Source: Gemmatimonadota bacterium
GTDB taxonomy: Bacteria; Gemmatimonadota; Gemmatimonadetes; Palauibacterales; KS3-K002
Assembly: GCA_039586795.1 (NCBI GenBank)
Contig: JBDHJS010000001.1
Location: 48,507-112,506 of the forward strand
Reading direction: 5' to 3'
Length of the DNA: 64,000 bases
This document shows, one piece after another, positions 9,910-19,087 of the stretch; the first letter of the stretch is position 1, and each line of letters starts with the position of its first letter. The notes beneath the pieces are model-generated. The model saw only the letters and a list, made by a program, of their open reading frames with translations, did no database searches and was not told where the DNA came from. Position numbers and translations under genes: made by a program.

Positions 9910-12440
9910 CGGGTCGCCCCGCTGATATCGACCTTTCTGAGGCGCGCGCTGTTGCTGACGACGTTGATGGAGCTGAAAGCCATGGCGGCTTCGGCGATGG
10001 CCGGGTGGAGGAAGCCCAGAATCGCGACGGGTATCGCGATCACGTTGTAGAAGTAAGCCCAGAACAGGTTCTGTCGGATCTTGCGGAACGTGGCCCGAGA
10101 TAGACGGATCGCTTTCACAACCGCCGACAGATTGCCCTGCACGAGGGTCACGTCTGCGGCCTCGATGGCGATATCGGTGCCGGTGCCGATGGCGATACCC
10201 ACGTTCGCTTGCTTGAGCGCCGGCGCGTCGTTGATGCCATCGCCGACCATAGCGACGTCGCGGCCTTCGCTCTGCAACCGACGCACCTCGTCCACCTTCT
10301 GATCGGGCAGTACCTCGGCGATCACACGATCGATGCCGACTTCTCGGGCAATGGCGTTCGCGGTGCGTTGATTGTCGCCGGTAAGCATGACGGTCTCGAG
10401 GCCGAAGCGCTTGAGCTCCGCGATGGCTTCCTTCGAGTCGTCTTTCAGCGTATCGGCCACGGCGATCACCCCCGCAAGTCGATCGCCGACCCCAACAAAC
10501 ATTGCGGTCTTGGCCTCATCCTCCAGGCGATCCAGTTCCGTGGCCAGCTGATCGAGCGTGATATCGTGTTCCTCCATCAACCGGGCGTTCCCGACGACCA
10601 CGAGCTGCCCCTCGATCGTCGCGACGACGCCGCGACCGACGGCCGCTTCGAACCGTGATGCGCTACTGGCAGTCACACCGCGCTTCAGCGCTTCAGCCAC
10701 GATGGCGCTACCCAAAGGATGTTCGGATCCCAGCTCGGCGCCGGCAGCGTACCTGAGCACTTCGTTCGCATCTCGGCCCGCCGCCGGCACGATATCGGTC
10801 ACACCCGGTTCGCCCCTGGTGATAGTGCCTGTCTTGTCGAGGACGATCGTGTCGACCTCTTTGAGAGTTTGGATCGCCGCTCCGCTCCGGAACAACACAC
10901 CGTTCTCGGCGCCCATGCCGGTACCGACCATCAGCGCCGTAGGCGTGGCGAGGCCGAGGGCGCACGGACAGGCGATGACCAACACGGCCACTGCGGCGAA
11001 TATCGCCAGCGAAACGCGACTCAAGCTCGGGTCGACCCACGGCAGAAAGCCCGAAGCCCATTCGGCGATCGAAGCGAAGGCGCCGGGGAAGATGAGCCAG
11101 GCGAGGAACGTGGCGGTGGCAACCGCCAGAACCGTCGGAACGAAGACGGCGGTCACACGATCGGCGAACTGCTGTATCGGGACCTTCGTGCCCTGGGCCT
11201 CTTCCACCATGCGGATGACGTTGGCCAGGAAAGTGTCCTCGCCGACGCCGGTGGCCCGGACCCGAAGCAGTCCTTCTTTGTTGATCGTGGCACCGATGAC
11301 CCGGTCGCCCTCAGCCTTCTCCACCGGCATCGATTCGCCCGTAGCCAGTGACTCATCGACTGAAGAGTGGCCGCCAATCACTTCGCCGTCGGTGGGAATC
11401 TTCTCGCCGGGCCGCACGATCATCACGTCGCCGACTTCAACCTCTTCGATGGGCACCTCGACCTCGGCACCGTCCCGCTCGACGCGAGCGGTCTTCGCCT
11501 CCAACGACAGCAGCTTCTGAATCGCGGCGGACGTACGACCGCGGGCCCTGGTCTCCACGTAACGGCCGGTGAGGTGGATGGCCATGATCATTCCACCGAC
11601 GCCCGCATAGTTGAGCAGCTTGGGCGCAAAGCCCAGATCGTAAGCGACGGTGACGAAACCAGTGGCGAAGGCGACGGTGGAGCCGATGGCGATGAGGGTG
11701 TCCATCGTCGGCGTGCCGTTCACCAGACTCCGGAAGCCAGCGCGAACTGTGTCCCAGCCCCAAACGAACAGGACCGGTGCGGCGAGGACGATCATCCCGA
11801 TGTCATAGGCGAGCGCGGAGGGCCACATGACACCGAAGAACATGTGGGGGATCATCCAGGCGATGATCGGCGCGGTCAGCACCCAGGCGAAGACCATCCG
11901 GCGTTGCGCATCATCGACCTTACGCTGGTCTTCCTCGAGACGCTCCCGCTCCCGTGCCAGACGGCGCTCGGCGCCCGCGCGCTCAACAGAAGCCACGCCG
12001 TAGCCCGCGGCCTCCACCGCGGCACGCATGTCATCGACGCGAACCTGACCGGGGATGTGCGACACGGTCGCCTTGTGAGTCGCGATGTTCACAGCCGCCG
12101 AGTCCACGCCATCCAGTTCGGCCAGAGCCTTCTCTACCGCTGCCGAGCACGAGGCACAGTGCATCCCCTCAACATCGAGAACGACCGTCTGCGGCTTCGC
12201 CTTGACCTCAAAGCCCGCCTTCTCCACGGCACGGCGAAAGTCATCGAGCCCGACCTGGCCGCCGTAGTATTCAACCGTCGCCTTTTCGGTTGCCAGGTTC
12301 ACACTCGCCTGCTCCACACCGTCCAGTCCGGCCAGCGCTTTCTCCACCGCCGCGGAACACGACGCGCAGTGCATGCCGCCGATCTCGAGCGTCTCTTTCT
12401 TCAATGTTCGTTGAGCCATCATCAGATTCCGCCAAAACAA
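9906..12440 (-). CDS. copA: copper-translocating P1B-type ATPase with two N-terminal HMA domains
   Basis: Two [18 protein letters not shown] domains, [10 protein letters not shown] transmembrane metal site, DKTGTIT phosphorylation motif, [10 protein letters not shown] hinge. Confidence 0.9.
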   Translation of the reverse strand: MFWRNLMMAQRTLKKETLEIGGMHCASCSAAVEKALAGLDGVEQASVNLATEKATVEYYGGQVGLDDFRRAVEKAGFEVKAKPQTVVLDVEGMHCASCSAAVEKALAELDGVDSAAVNIATHKATVSHIPGQVRVDDMRAAVEAAGYGVASVERAGAERRLARERERLEEDQRKVDDAQRRMVFAWVLTAPIIAWMIPHMFFGVMWPSALAYDIGMIVLAAPVLFVWGWDTVRAGFRSLVNGTPTMDTLIAIGSTVAFATGFVTVAYDLGFAPKLLNYAGVGGMIMAIHLTGRYVETRARGRTSAAIQKLLSLEAKTARVERDGAEVEVPIEEVEVGDVMIVRPGEKIPTDGEVIGGHSSVDESLATGESMPVEKAEGDRVIGATINKEGLLRVRATGVGEDTFLANVIRMVEEAQGTKVPIQQFADRVTAVFVPTVLAVATATFLAWLIFPGAFASIAEWASGFLPWVDPSLSRVSLAIFAAVAVLVIACPCALGLATPTALMVGTGMGAENGVLFRSGAAIQTLKEVDTIVLDKTGTITRGEPGVTDIVPAAGRDANEVLRYAAGAELGSEHPLGSAIVAEALKRGVTASSASRFEAAVGRGVVATIEGQLVVVGNARLMEEHDITLDQLATELDRLEDEAKTAMFVGVGDRLAGVIAVADTLKDDSKEAIAELKRFGLETVMLTGDNQRTANAIAREVGIDRVIAEVLPDQKVDEVRRLQSEGRDVAMVGDGINDAPALKQANVGIAIGTGTDIAIEAADVTLVQGNLSAVVKAIRLSRATFRKIRQNLFWAYFYNVIAIPVAILGFLHPAIAEAAMAFSSINVVSNSARLRKVDISGATR

Positions 12441-12505
12441 CGGGCGCCGGCCCCGGAATGTTCTCCGGAGCCCACGCCCGAGTCTATTCAGTTCAGACCG
12501 CTTAC

Positions 12506-12552
12506 TGCTTAGCGCTTACCACCCACTACCTACCACCTACCACTCACCACCT
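12506..12552 (-). repeat. G-rich GGTAGG-repeat element in RNA sense immediately 3' of stop codon (CTACC repeats on plus strand)
   Basis: ccacccactacctaccacctaccactcaccacctaccg directly abuts the stop codon of the upstream minus-strand gene; related copies at 13770-13812, 21737-21776 and 21846-21881. Confidence 0.5.
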
Positions 12553-13216
12553 ACCGACCGCCACCGCCCTCTTCGTGGTGCACCCGATGCCGCATCCGCA
12601 TACCCTGCCCATCGCCCTCACCTTCCATATGCATACGCATCTGCCGCATACCCTGACGGCGAAATACCTCGGCGCCTTCCTTCCAAGTCTCGAACTTCTG
12701 GCGCTGCGCATCGTTCAGCACGCCCAACGTCTGGCGCTCCACGTCGATGAAGCTCTTGGCCTGGGCGGTGCGGAGTCGAGCCAGCTCGTCGATGGCGCTC
12801 TCCATCGCGTCGTAGTCGTCGGCTCTGCGGGCTTCGGCGAGCGCTTCGGCCTGCTTCTGCATCTGCTCGCGCATGCCGGTCATCAGCGCCTGGTGGCTGG
12901 TGTGTACGCCCTCGAGCTGAGTGACCTGCTCCTCGGAGAGCTCGAGATCGTCCTTGAGGCCGATCAGGAAATGCGGGCCGAGGTGCGCCGCTCCCATGCG
13001 GGCGCTGGTCCTCATGTGCCGCATGCCCTGCCGCATACCCCGCATGCTCATCCGGCCCTGTCGGCCCATCTGGCGCATCATGCCGCGGTGAGCGCGCCGC
13101 ATCTGCGCCGTGGTATCCTGCTCTGCTTCTTGAGCAGCGCCAACCGCAGGTAGCGCCAGGAGCGCCGCCAACGCGAGTGCTGCTGCTGCTGGGAATCGCA
13201 TATTCATCTTGCCCAA
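12551..13216 (-). CDS. periplasmic Spy/CpxP/ZraP-family protein (LTXXQ motifs) with Met- and His-rich metal-binding-like termini
   Basis: Signal peptide; LSEEQVTQL and LNDAQRQKF LTXXQ-type motifs; Met-rich N-region (MRQMGRQGRMSMRGMRQGMRHM) and MRMHMEGEG...HRVHHEE C-tail; lies between csoR and copA. Confidence 0.55.
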   Translation of the reverse strand: MGKMNMRFPAAAALALAALLALPAVGAAQEAEQDTTAQMRRAHRGMMRQMGRQGRMSMRGMRQGMRHMRTSARMGAAHLGPHFLIGLKDDLELSEEQVTQLEGVHTSHQALMTGMREQMQKQAEALAEARRADDYDAMESAIDELARLRTAQAKSFIDVERQTLGVLNDAQRQKFETWKEGAEVFRRQGMRQMRMHMEGEGDGQGMRMRHRVHHEEGGGGR

Positions 13217-13298
13217 ACCTCCATCAAAGCTGTCGGTGCCGCGTCTACAATACTGACAGCTAACGATCCGAAAACGCTAGCTGACGGTCGGCGCCCGA

Positions 13299-13601
13299 TC
13301 AGCGAACGTAGCGGCCCAACAGGTCGACGATCTCCTGCCTCACCTGCTCCGCCGCCGGACCGCCCTCCATGATGGCGTGGGCGGCGCAGCGATCCAGGTG
13401 GTTCCCCAGCAGTTCGCGCTCCACGGCCCGGAGCGCCGAATGGACGGCGGTGCACTGCTGGAGGATGTCGGGGCAGTATCGCTCTTCGTCCACCATGCGC
13501 TGAATTCCTTCCACCTGCCCGCGGACTCGGGCAAGACGCTTGAGCAGGTCGCGCTTGGTGTTGTCGGCGATACCCATTGCATGTGAGGGATTCTCTGTCA
13601 T
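13299..13601 (-). CDS. csoR: copper-sensing transcriptional repressor, CsoR/RcnR family
   Basis: DUF156-type four-helix bundle with the conserved Cys (YCPDILQQ), His (HSAL) and C-terminal Cys (DRCAAHA) ligands; start taken at internal Met (MTENPSH), verified as CAT at 13599-13601. Confidence 0.8.
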   Translation of the reverse strand: MTENPSHAMGIADNTKRDLLKRLARVRGQVEGIQRMVDEERYCPDILQQCTAVHSALRAVERELLGNHLDRCAAHAIMEGGPAAEQVRQEIVDLLGRYVR

Positions 13602-13628
13602 CCGGCAGGGCCTCCTCTGTAGAGAGTA

Positions 13629-13652
13629 TATGCTATACTGGGGTATAGTATA
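13629..13652 (-). promoter_or_regulatory. candidate CsoR operator: inverted repeat TATGCTATAC-TGGG-GTATAGTATA
   Basis: Near-perfect 10-bp arms around a G-tract, 28-50 nt upstream of the csoR start; resembles the GC-tract-centred palindromes bound by CsoR proteins. Confidence 0.45.
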
Positions 13653-13769
13653 AGAAACCCGTCCCGTCTGCAACCCCCTCCCTCCTGCTAGTGCTCACGC
13701 TCGTGACCCTGTTCAACTCTATCACGAGCAGGAGATGAAAAGAGATACGGCCGGCCCCGTGACACGAAG

Positions 13770-13812
13770 CCGACCGTCTACTGTCTACCCTCTACTGTCT
13801 ACCGTCTACCGC
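13770..13812 (-). repeat. GTAGAC/GGTAGA-repeat element (RNA sense) immediately 3' of the diheme cytochrome c gene
   Basis: gaccgtctactgtctaccctctactgtctaccgtctaccg overlaps the stop codon at 13806; same family as 12506-12552 and the 21.7-kb inverted repeats. Confidence 0.5.
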
Positions 13813-14552
13813 GCCGATCGCTCCCGTAGGTAGTTCGCGATGGCATCCGCCTCACGGTCTGTGAGCGGCGCGATATCCATGGCGTTCATCAAGCCACGCA
13901 TCCGGGCAACGATGGCGTCCCACCCGGCGGCGGTGTGTGCGCGCGGCGACGGCGGCGCGTGACAGATGGCGCACCTCTGCATGAAGAGGTCGAGGCCGGG
14001 TCCGTCCGTCAGTTCGCCGGGTTCGGCTTCCGGCAACGCGTTCCTCTGCAGGTAAGAGAGGATCGAGTCGGTCTGCTCCGGCGTCGGGTACTCGGCCGTC
14101 TCGAGTCCAGCCATCACCACGTCGCCGATCAGGCCGGTTGTGAGCGGGCCGCCTAGTCGGTACTCCAGGGTCTGAGCCCGGTAAAGCATGTTGCGCAGCA
14201 AATACGGCCATTCGGTCGCAGTATGCATCTTGGGTGACGGCAGCCAGTGGCACTGGATGCAGTAAACTTGGAGAAGGCCGGCGCCGCGCGAGCCGGGTTC
14301 GGGCAGCTGCTCCGGTGTGTAGTTGATGGGCGGCAGACCGGAACCGACGGACGCGATCAAGCGCCAGCGCGTACCGCGTTCCATGGCGGCGGTGGCGGTT
14401 CCACCGAGCTCGGCGAGCACGCTGTCGACGACGGCGATGTCGACCTCCTGGTTCGCCTGCTCCTGGACGCAGCCGGCCGCCACTACCGTGAAAGCAAGCG
14501 CGGCGAGGACACCACCCAGTCGCGACCACTTCTCCCGGCTCTGTCTGTGCAT
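13806..14552 (-). CDS. diheme c-type cytochrome lipoprotein
   Basis: Lipoprotein signal (VVAAGC); two CxxCH motifs (CIQCH, CAICH), each followed by similar ATEWP/AAGWD segments, suggesting an internal duplication. Confidence 0.7.
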   Translation of the reverse strand: MHRQSREKWSRLGGVLAALAFTVVAAGCVQEQANQEVDIAVVDSVLAELGGTATAAMERGTRWRLIASVGSGLPPINYTPEQLPEPGSRGAGLLQVYCIQCHWLPSPKMHTATEWPYLLRNMLYRAQTLEYRLGGPLTTGLIGDVVMAGLETAEYPTPEQTDSILSYLQRNALPEAEPGELTDGPGLDLFMQRCAICHAPPSPRAHTAAGWDAIVARMRGLMNAMDIAPLTDREADAIANYLRERSAR

Positions 14553-14562
14553 TCTGACTCCC

Positions 14563-15114
14563 TCACGCCTCGTTTCGTCGTTCTCTCAAGCTGGCGATGC
14601 CAGCAACCGTATAGTCTATGATCGCGATGACGGACGCCACGGCGACGACCACCACGAACAGTCCGACCTGATCCGGCGCAAAAAGCAGCACGCCCAGCGT
14701 CACGATCTGCAATACCGTGACCAGCTTGCCGCCGGGTCGGGACCGCGCCACGACATCGACGCCGATCACCTCCGCAACCAGGAATCCCAGCCCCACATAG
14801 AGGTCGCGGGAGATCAGGATCGCGAATTCCCGCCACCCTAAATAGGGTCCCGGGAGGAATGCCGCCAGAGCGATCAGCACGAACAGCTTGTCGAACAGCG
14901 GGTCGAGCAGCGCGCCGGTTCGGCTCTCCACGCCCAGCTTCCGGGCGAGCCAGCCGTCGAGAAGATCGGTGACGGCGCTCAGGAACAGCAAGATGCCGCG
15001 CCAGAGAACCGTGTTGGTCGCGAGGAAGATGAGCGCCAGGGGGAGCCGCAGAGCTGAAATCAGGCTGGGCAACGCAGCCAGCGATGAGCGACGGGCGCCT
15101 GCAGCTGCGTTCAC
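14563..15114 (-). CDS. CDP-alcohol phosphatidyltransferase family protein (PgsA-like)
   Basis: DLLDGWLARKLGVESRTGALLDPLFDK matches the D-G-x2-A-R...G-x3-D-x3-D motif; 4-5 TM helices. Confidence 0.75.
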   Translation of the reverse strand: MNAAAGARRSSLAALPSLISALRLPLALIFLATNTVLWRGILLFLSAVTDLLDGWLARKLGVESRTGALLDPLFDKLFVLIALAAFLPGPYLGWREFAILISRDLYVGLGFLVAEVIGVDVVARSRPGGKLVTVLQIVTLGVLLFAPDQVGLFVVVVAVASVIAIIDYTVAGIASLRERRNEA

Positions 15115-15268
15115 TGCTCTTCGCCTCCGCCGGACCCGCGGTCAGGTTCCCCTGCCCCGATCATACTCCCTCCTCCGCTCCTCCCTCATTCGCGATCGCT
15201 GTAGTCCAGTGCCAGAACAATACGCCCCCGTCCGCGCCGCCGCGAGACCCGGCGGTCGTATTTCGCGG

Positions 15269-16186
15269 TTACGCCTGGCGAACCCGTTGAATGACGGACC
15301 TGAAGGCCGCCGGCTCGTACCCAAAGACCTCGTGAATCGCATTGCCGGCGCCGGGCACGATGCTCTCGTGCATGAGCATCTCCAGCTGGTCCGAGGTCAG
15401 CGGAGTCGGCAGCCGCCAGCTCGAGGCGAGATCGACGAAGGGGCGGACCAGCGATACCGGAACGTGTAGGAACTTCCTGCGCACGCCATACTCCTCGCAT
15501 ACGATCTCGAGCAAGCGGTTGTAGGTCAGCTTGTGAGGCCCGCCGATGTCATAGCGCGTCCCGGCGAGGTCCGAGCGTTCGGCGGCCTGTACGAAGATGT
15601 TCGCCACATCCTCCACATCGACGGGCTGCAGCCTGTAAGTGCCGTCACCGATCACCGGAAGAACGGGCGCGTGGCGCACCAGCCGCACCAGGAGCTGAGT
15701 GAATTCGCCTTCCGGCCCAACGATGACCGACGGGCGGAAGATCACTGACGGGATCGCGGAGCGCTGTACGGACTCCTCAGCCTCGTGCTTCGTTCGCATG
15801 TATTCCGTGCCCTCTGAATCGGAGCCCAGGGCGCTCATGTGAACGAACTTTGAGACGCCTGCTCGCTCGGCTGCTTCGAGGATGCGCGCCGTACCTCTCG
15901 TGTGCACGGCCTCGAAGGTCACGTTGGGCGGTTTCTCCCTTATGATGCCCACCAGGTGAATGACCACGTCGCACCCGTCGATCGCGTCCGCGGACAACGC
16001 GCCAACGAGATCGCCCGTGACAAGCTCGACACCGAGCTCGCGAAGCTCTTCGCTGCCTGCCGGCGAGCGGACCAGCATGCGAACGCCATGGCCACGCTCC
16101 GCGAGACGCCGGACCACGTAACGGCCGACGAAGCCGGTCCCGCCGGTGAGGAATACCGTTAGCCGTCGATCCGCCGTGCCGTTCAT
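15269..16186 (-). CDS. NAD(P)-dependent epimerase/dehydratase (SDR, NmrA/CIA30-like)
   Basis: VFLTGGTGFVGRYVVRRL Rossmann motif; start taken at internal Met (MNGTADRR), verified as CAT at 16184-16186. Confidence 0.7.
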   Translation of the reverse strand: MNGTADRRLTVFLTGGTGFVGRYVVRRLAERGHGVRMLVRSPAGSEELRELGVELVTGDLVGALSADAIDGCDVVIHLVGIIREKPPNVTFEAVHTRGTARILEAAERAGVSKFVHMSALGSDSEGTEYMRTKHEAEESVQRSAIPSVIFRPSVIVGPEGEFTQLLVRLVRHAPVLPVIGDGTYRLQPVDVEDVANIFVQAAERSDLAGTRYDIGGPHKLTYNRLLEIVCEEYGVRRKFLHVPVSLVRPFVDLASSWRLPTPLTSDQLEMLMHESIVPGAGNAIHEVFGYEPAAFRSVIQRVRQA

Positions 16187-16193
16187 ATTCGGG

Positions 16194-16688
16194 TTATTTC
16201 CCCTTGGGCCGGGAAGGCGTTCGAAGCACCGTTGGTCGCCGAGGCCTCCGCAACCCGGATCGCCCCATCGCCCGACCGAGCACCTGACGCGCATTCTCGT
16301 AGGTCACTCGAGCCACCGCCTCCATCGGGTCCAGCCAGGCACACTCCCGGATCCCCTCGGCTAACTGCGGGCGCGCTTCTTCGTCCGGGTCGCCGATCAA
16401 CAAGAAGTAGTCGCAGAACTTATGCACCAACGCTTTGCTCGACCGAAAGTACCAGTCCGTAGTAGCAAGCTGATCGGCGATTTCCAGGCGTTCCAACCCG
16501 GTTTCCTCGCGACACTCGCGAAGCGCGGCGTCTCGATTCGTCTCACCGGCTTCGACGTGTCCCTTTGGAAAACCCCAGTTGCCGTAGCTGTCCTTTATCA
16601 ACAGAAATTCGATGTCCCCAGCCGCCGTCTGCCGTTGAATGACACCACCAGCACTGAACTCGATCCGCACGGGCCGCAGACCCACCAT
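16194..16688 (-). CDS. NUDIX hydrolase
   Basis: Nudix box GHVEAGETNRDAALRECREETGL. Confidence 0.8.
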   Translation of the reverse strand: MVGLRPVRIEFSAGGVIQRQTAAGDIEFLLIKDSYGNWGFPKGHVEAGETNRDAALRECREETGLERLEIADQLATTDWYFRSSKALVHKFCDYFLLIGDPDEEARPQLAEGIRECAWLDPMEAVARVTYENARQVLGRAMGRSGLRRPRRPTVLRTPSRPKGK

Positions 16689-17507
16689 TCAGACCTCCAC
16701 GAAACTGGGCGCGGGAGCCCGCTGGAGGGCGCCGAGCTCGGCGGCGCGCTTGAAGAACTCCTGGAGCCCGGCGGCGAGCTCCGCGTTCCAACCGTATTCA
16801 AGGCTTCGCCAGTAATCGAGCAGTCCCTCTGTCGTCCAACCGAACCCGGCGGCCAGACGGCCGGCGAGCTCCGGCAAGCGCTCCATCGACCAGTCGCGCG
16901 ACGCGTGCAGCGCACCGGTCAGTCGGGTCAGCTCCTCGTCGCGTTCGCGGCCCGTGGCGGTCTGCCAGAGCGCGAAGACGAAGGGGAGGCCCGTCCAATC
17001 CTGCCAGACGCTTCCCAGGTCGTGAGCGCTCAAGCCGTCTCTCGTTGACTGGCGATGCGCGATGTCGCCGATGAACAGCGCGCCGTCGGCGCCGGAGGCC
17101 AGAGGGTCTTCCGATTCCTGGTCGAACCAGGAGTACTCCGGACGGATGCCGACACGCTGCGTCAGTATTATCTTGAGCAACACCACCGAAGTGGCGGAGG
17201 ATGTGGGTATCGCGATCCGCGAGTCATCGGTCAGTTGTTCGATCGGCACTCGGGTCAGGAACTGGATCGTCCGGACCGGCCCATTCGCCGAGATCGATAG
17301 ACCCGGCAACGCGCGGTAGCGGTCGGCGTGTCTGCCGTACTCTATGCTGGATGCCGGCGCGACATCGATCGCGCCGCGCTCCAGCAGGGCGTTCAATTGG
17401 CCGGGCACACCGTGGACCAGCTGGACGGACGGCGGCGGTCCGACCTCCAACAGCTGGCCGTGCACGGGATAGCAATTGCTGTAGTTTATGTGTCCTAGCC
17501 TGAGCAT
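16689..17507 (-). CDS. menaquinone biosynthesis (futalosine pathway) MqnA/MqnD-family protein (PF02621-like)
   Basis: MLRLGHINYSNCYPV N-terminus typical of MqnA/MqnD; ~272 aa from the internal Met; the upstream 55 codons of the track ORF are probably not translated. Confidence 0.55.
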   Translation of the reverse strand: MLRLGHINYSNCYPVHGQLLEVGPPPSVQLVHGVPGQLNALLERGAIDVAPASSIEYGRHADRYRALPGLSISANGPVRTIQFLTRVPIEQLTDDSRIAIPTSSATSVVLLKIILTQRVGIRPEYSWFDQESEDPLASGADGALFIGDIAHRQSTRDGLSAHDLGSVWQDWTGLPFVFALWQTATGRERDEELTRLTGALHASRDWSMERLPELAGRLAAGFGWTTEGLLDYWRSLEYGWNAELAAGLQEFFKRAAELGALQRAPAPSFVEV

Positions 17508-17602
17508 AGTTGAGCAAGCTAAGTTGAGTCCGTGTTGGCGGGCAACGCCGATGGTGTGACGAGCCGGACAGCAGCCCGCACCGGAGAGAGGAGCCGATAC
17601 CG

Positions 17603-18544
17603 TTGTCGATGGCACACATACGTTGGTCGCAGCTCCGCATCGGGCTGTTTGTAACGGTGATCTCGATCGCATCGGCCATCGTCGTGTTCTTCATCGACCG
17701 CTTCAGCGATATGCTCTCCGAGCCCTACACGCTGTATTTTCACACCCTCACCAACCAACCGCTAGCACGGCGGGCGCCCGTATGGCTGGCCGGGCAGCCG
17801 GTTGGACACGTTCAGAGCTTGAGGCTCTTCACGCCCGAGATAGGTCAACAAGACGTGTTGAGCGTCGAGATGGCCATCGACCAGAGCGCCATGCCTTTCA
17901 TCACAGAAGGCGCCGGCGTACGGGTCACCAGCGCCGGCCTGCTGGGAGAGGCCATCGTGAACATCACGCCGGCCACGGAGCCGGGACCGCCGGTGCCGGA
18001 AGGATCGGTGCTTCCCGCCGCGTACTTCATCGACCCGCAAGAGGCAACCCACAAGTTCAGGGCGATCTCCGACTCGCTGAAGCCGGTTATCGATCGGTGG
18101 GGCGAGGTGCTTCAACTGGCGCGGCACGGAGACGGTACCCTGAGCAGGTTGATGCGCCAACCGAGTGACCTACTGGACCTACACGCCAATCTGCAGGCCG
18201 CGGCCGTGACGCTCGACACGGTGGGCCGGGTGGCGGGTGGACTGGCGGGACTATTCAGCGAACCCGACGTGCGCGGCGCGCTCGACCAACTCGGTCCCCG
18301 TCTCGAGACGCTGATGAACCGTTGGAACGACCCGACCGGAAGCGTCGGTCAATTCAGCAGCGACACGACGCTCGCCACACACCTGGAGAGCATTCAGCGC
18401 ACCGTGGCGCAGGTGAACGAGCGCCTGGAAACGGGAGACGGGACGCTGGGCCGATTCAAGTCCGATCGGGCCCTAGCCGAGGAGTTAGAGCGGACACGGG
18501 AACTACTTCAAGCCCTGCGGCGGGACCTCTCCGGGGGAGGCTAA
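17603..18544 (+). CDS. MlaD/MCE-family protein
   Basis: N-terminal TM helix followed by an MCE domain (PVWLAGQPVGHVQSLRL...VRVTSAGLLGEAIVNI) and a C-terminal helical region. Confidence 0.7.
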   Translation: MSMAHIRWSQLRIGLFVTVISIASAIVVFFIDRFSDMLSEPYTLYFHTLTNQPLARRAPVWLAGQPVGHVQSLRLFTPEIGQQDVLSVEMAIDQSAMPFITEGAGVRVTSAGLLGEAIVNITPATEPGPPVPEGSVLPAAYFIDPQEATHKFRAISDSLKPVIDRWGEVLQLARHGDGTLSRLMRQPSDLLDLHANLQAAAVTLDTVGRVAGGLAGLFSEPDVRGALDQLGPRLETLMNRWNDPTGSVGQFSSDTTLATHLESIQRTVAQVNERLETGDGTLGRFKSDRALAEELERTRELLQALRRDLSGGG

Positions 18545-18545
18545 C

Positions 18546-18592
18546 AATCCCCGAACCTCGTAATCCCCGAACCCCCGAATCCCATCACCTCC
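18546..18592. repeat. copy of dispersed CGAATCCCC/AATCCCCGAAC repeat element
   Basis: AATCCCCGAACCTCGTAATCCCCGAACCCCCGAATCCC; 24/27 identity to 46360-46402; located between convergent genes mlaD and 18585..18971. Confidence 0.5.
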
Positions 18593-18971
18593 CCCGCCGA
18601 CGCCCCCTCCTCGCCTTACCCAGATCCCCTCTCTTCGGCAGCGACCCATCAATGATGAACGTGATGTCGCCTTTGCCGTCTGAGGAGCGGGAGGTGACCA
18701 CGATCTGATCGACCTGGCTCTTCGCATCGTCCACCGTCACCTCGAAGTTGACCTTCCCGTCGGCCGATGTGATTCGCGTCCGTACTTTGTCGCCGGGATC
18801 GCGCTCGGCACAGGTCGCCGGATTCCGAAACAGCGTCTTGGTGGACTGACGGTTACCCGCCGACAGCGTGCGGGAGATCTTGATCTGCCGCAGCCAGTCG
18901 GGCTGGTAGCTGATTTTGTACTTGGCACCGTGCTGATCGATGCCTTCTCCATCGCGATTATGCCGGGCCAT
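18585..18971 (-). CDS. hypothetical protein (128 aa)
   Basis: GC3-rich codon usage consistent with coding; no recognisable motif; basic C-terminal tail. Confidence 0.4.
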   Translation of the reverse strand: MARHNRDGEGIDQHGAKYKISYQPDWLRQIKISRTLSAGNRQSTKTLFRNPATCAERDPGDKVRTRITSADGKVNFEVTVDDAKSQVDQIVVTSRSSDGKGDITFIIDGSLPKRGDLGKARRGRRRGR

Positions 18972-19087
18972 GCGGTAAGGCTCCCCCCAGGATGCGGCGC
19001 GGCGGTGTCGCCAAGAATAAAGAAAGGGCCTTCAATTTTTGCGGAGAGTCGTCGCGCGTCAAGTCACCGCGGTCTGTTTCTTCAGCC

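Noticed and set aside
10558-12512. Several 300-380-aa ORFs (10558..11520, 10719..11351, 11367..12512) opposite copA
   Set aside because: The copA call is unambiguous (P-type ATPase motifs); the antisense frames are low-complexity and overlap each other.
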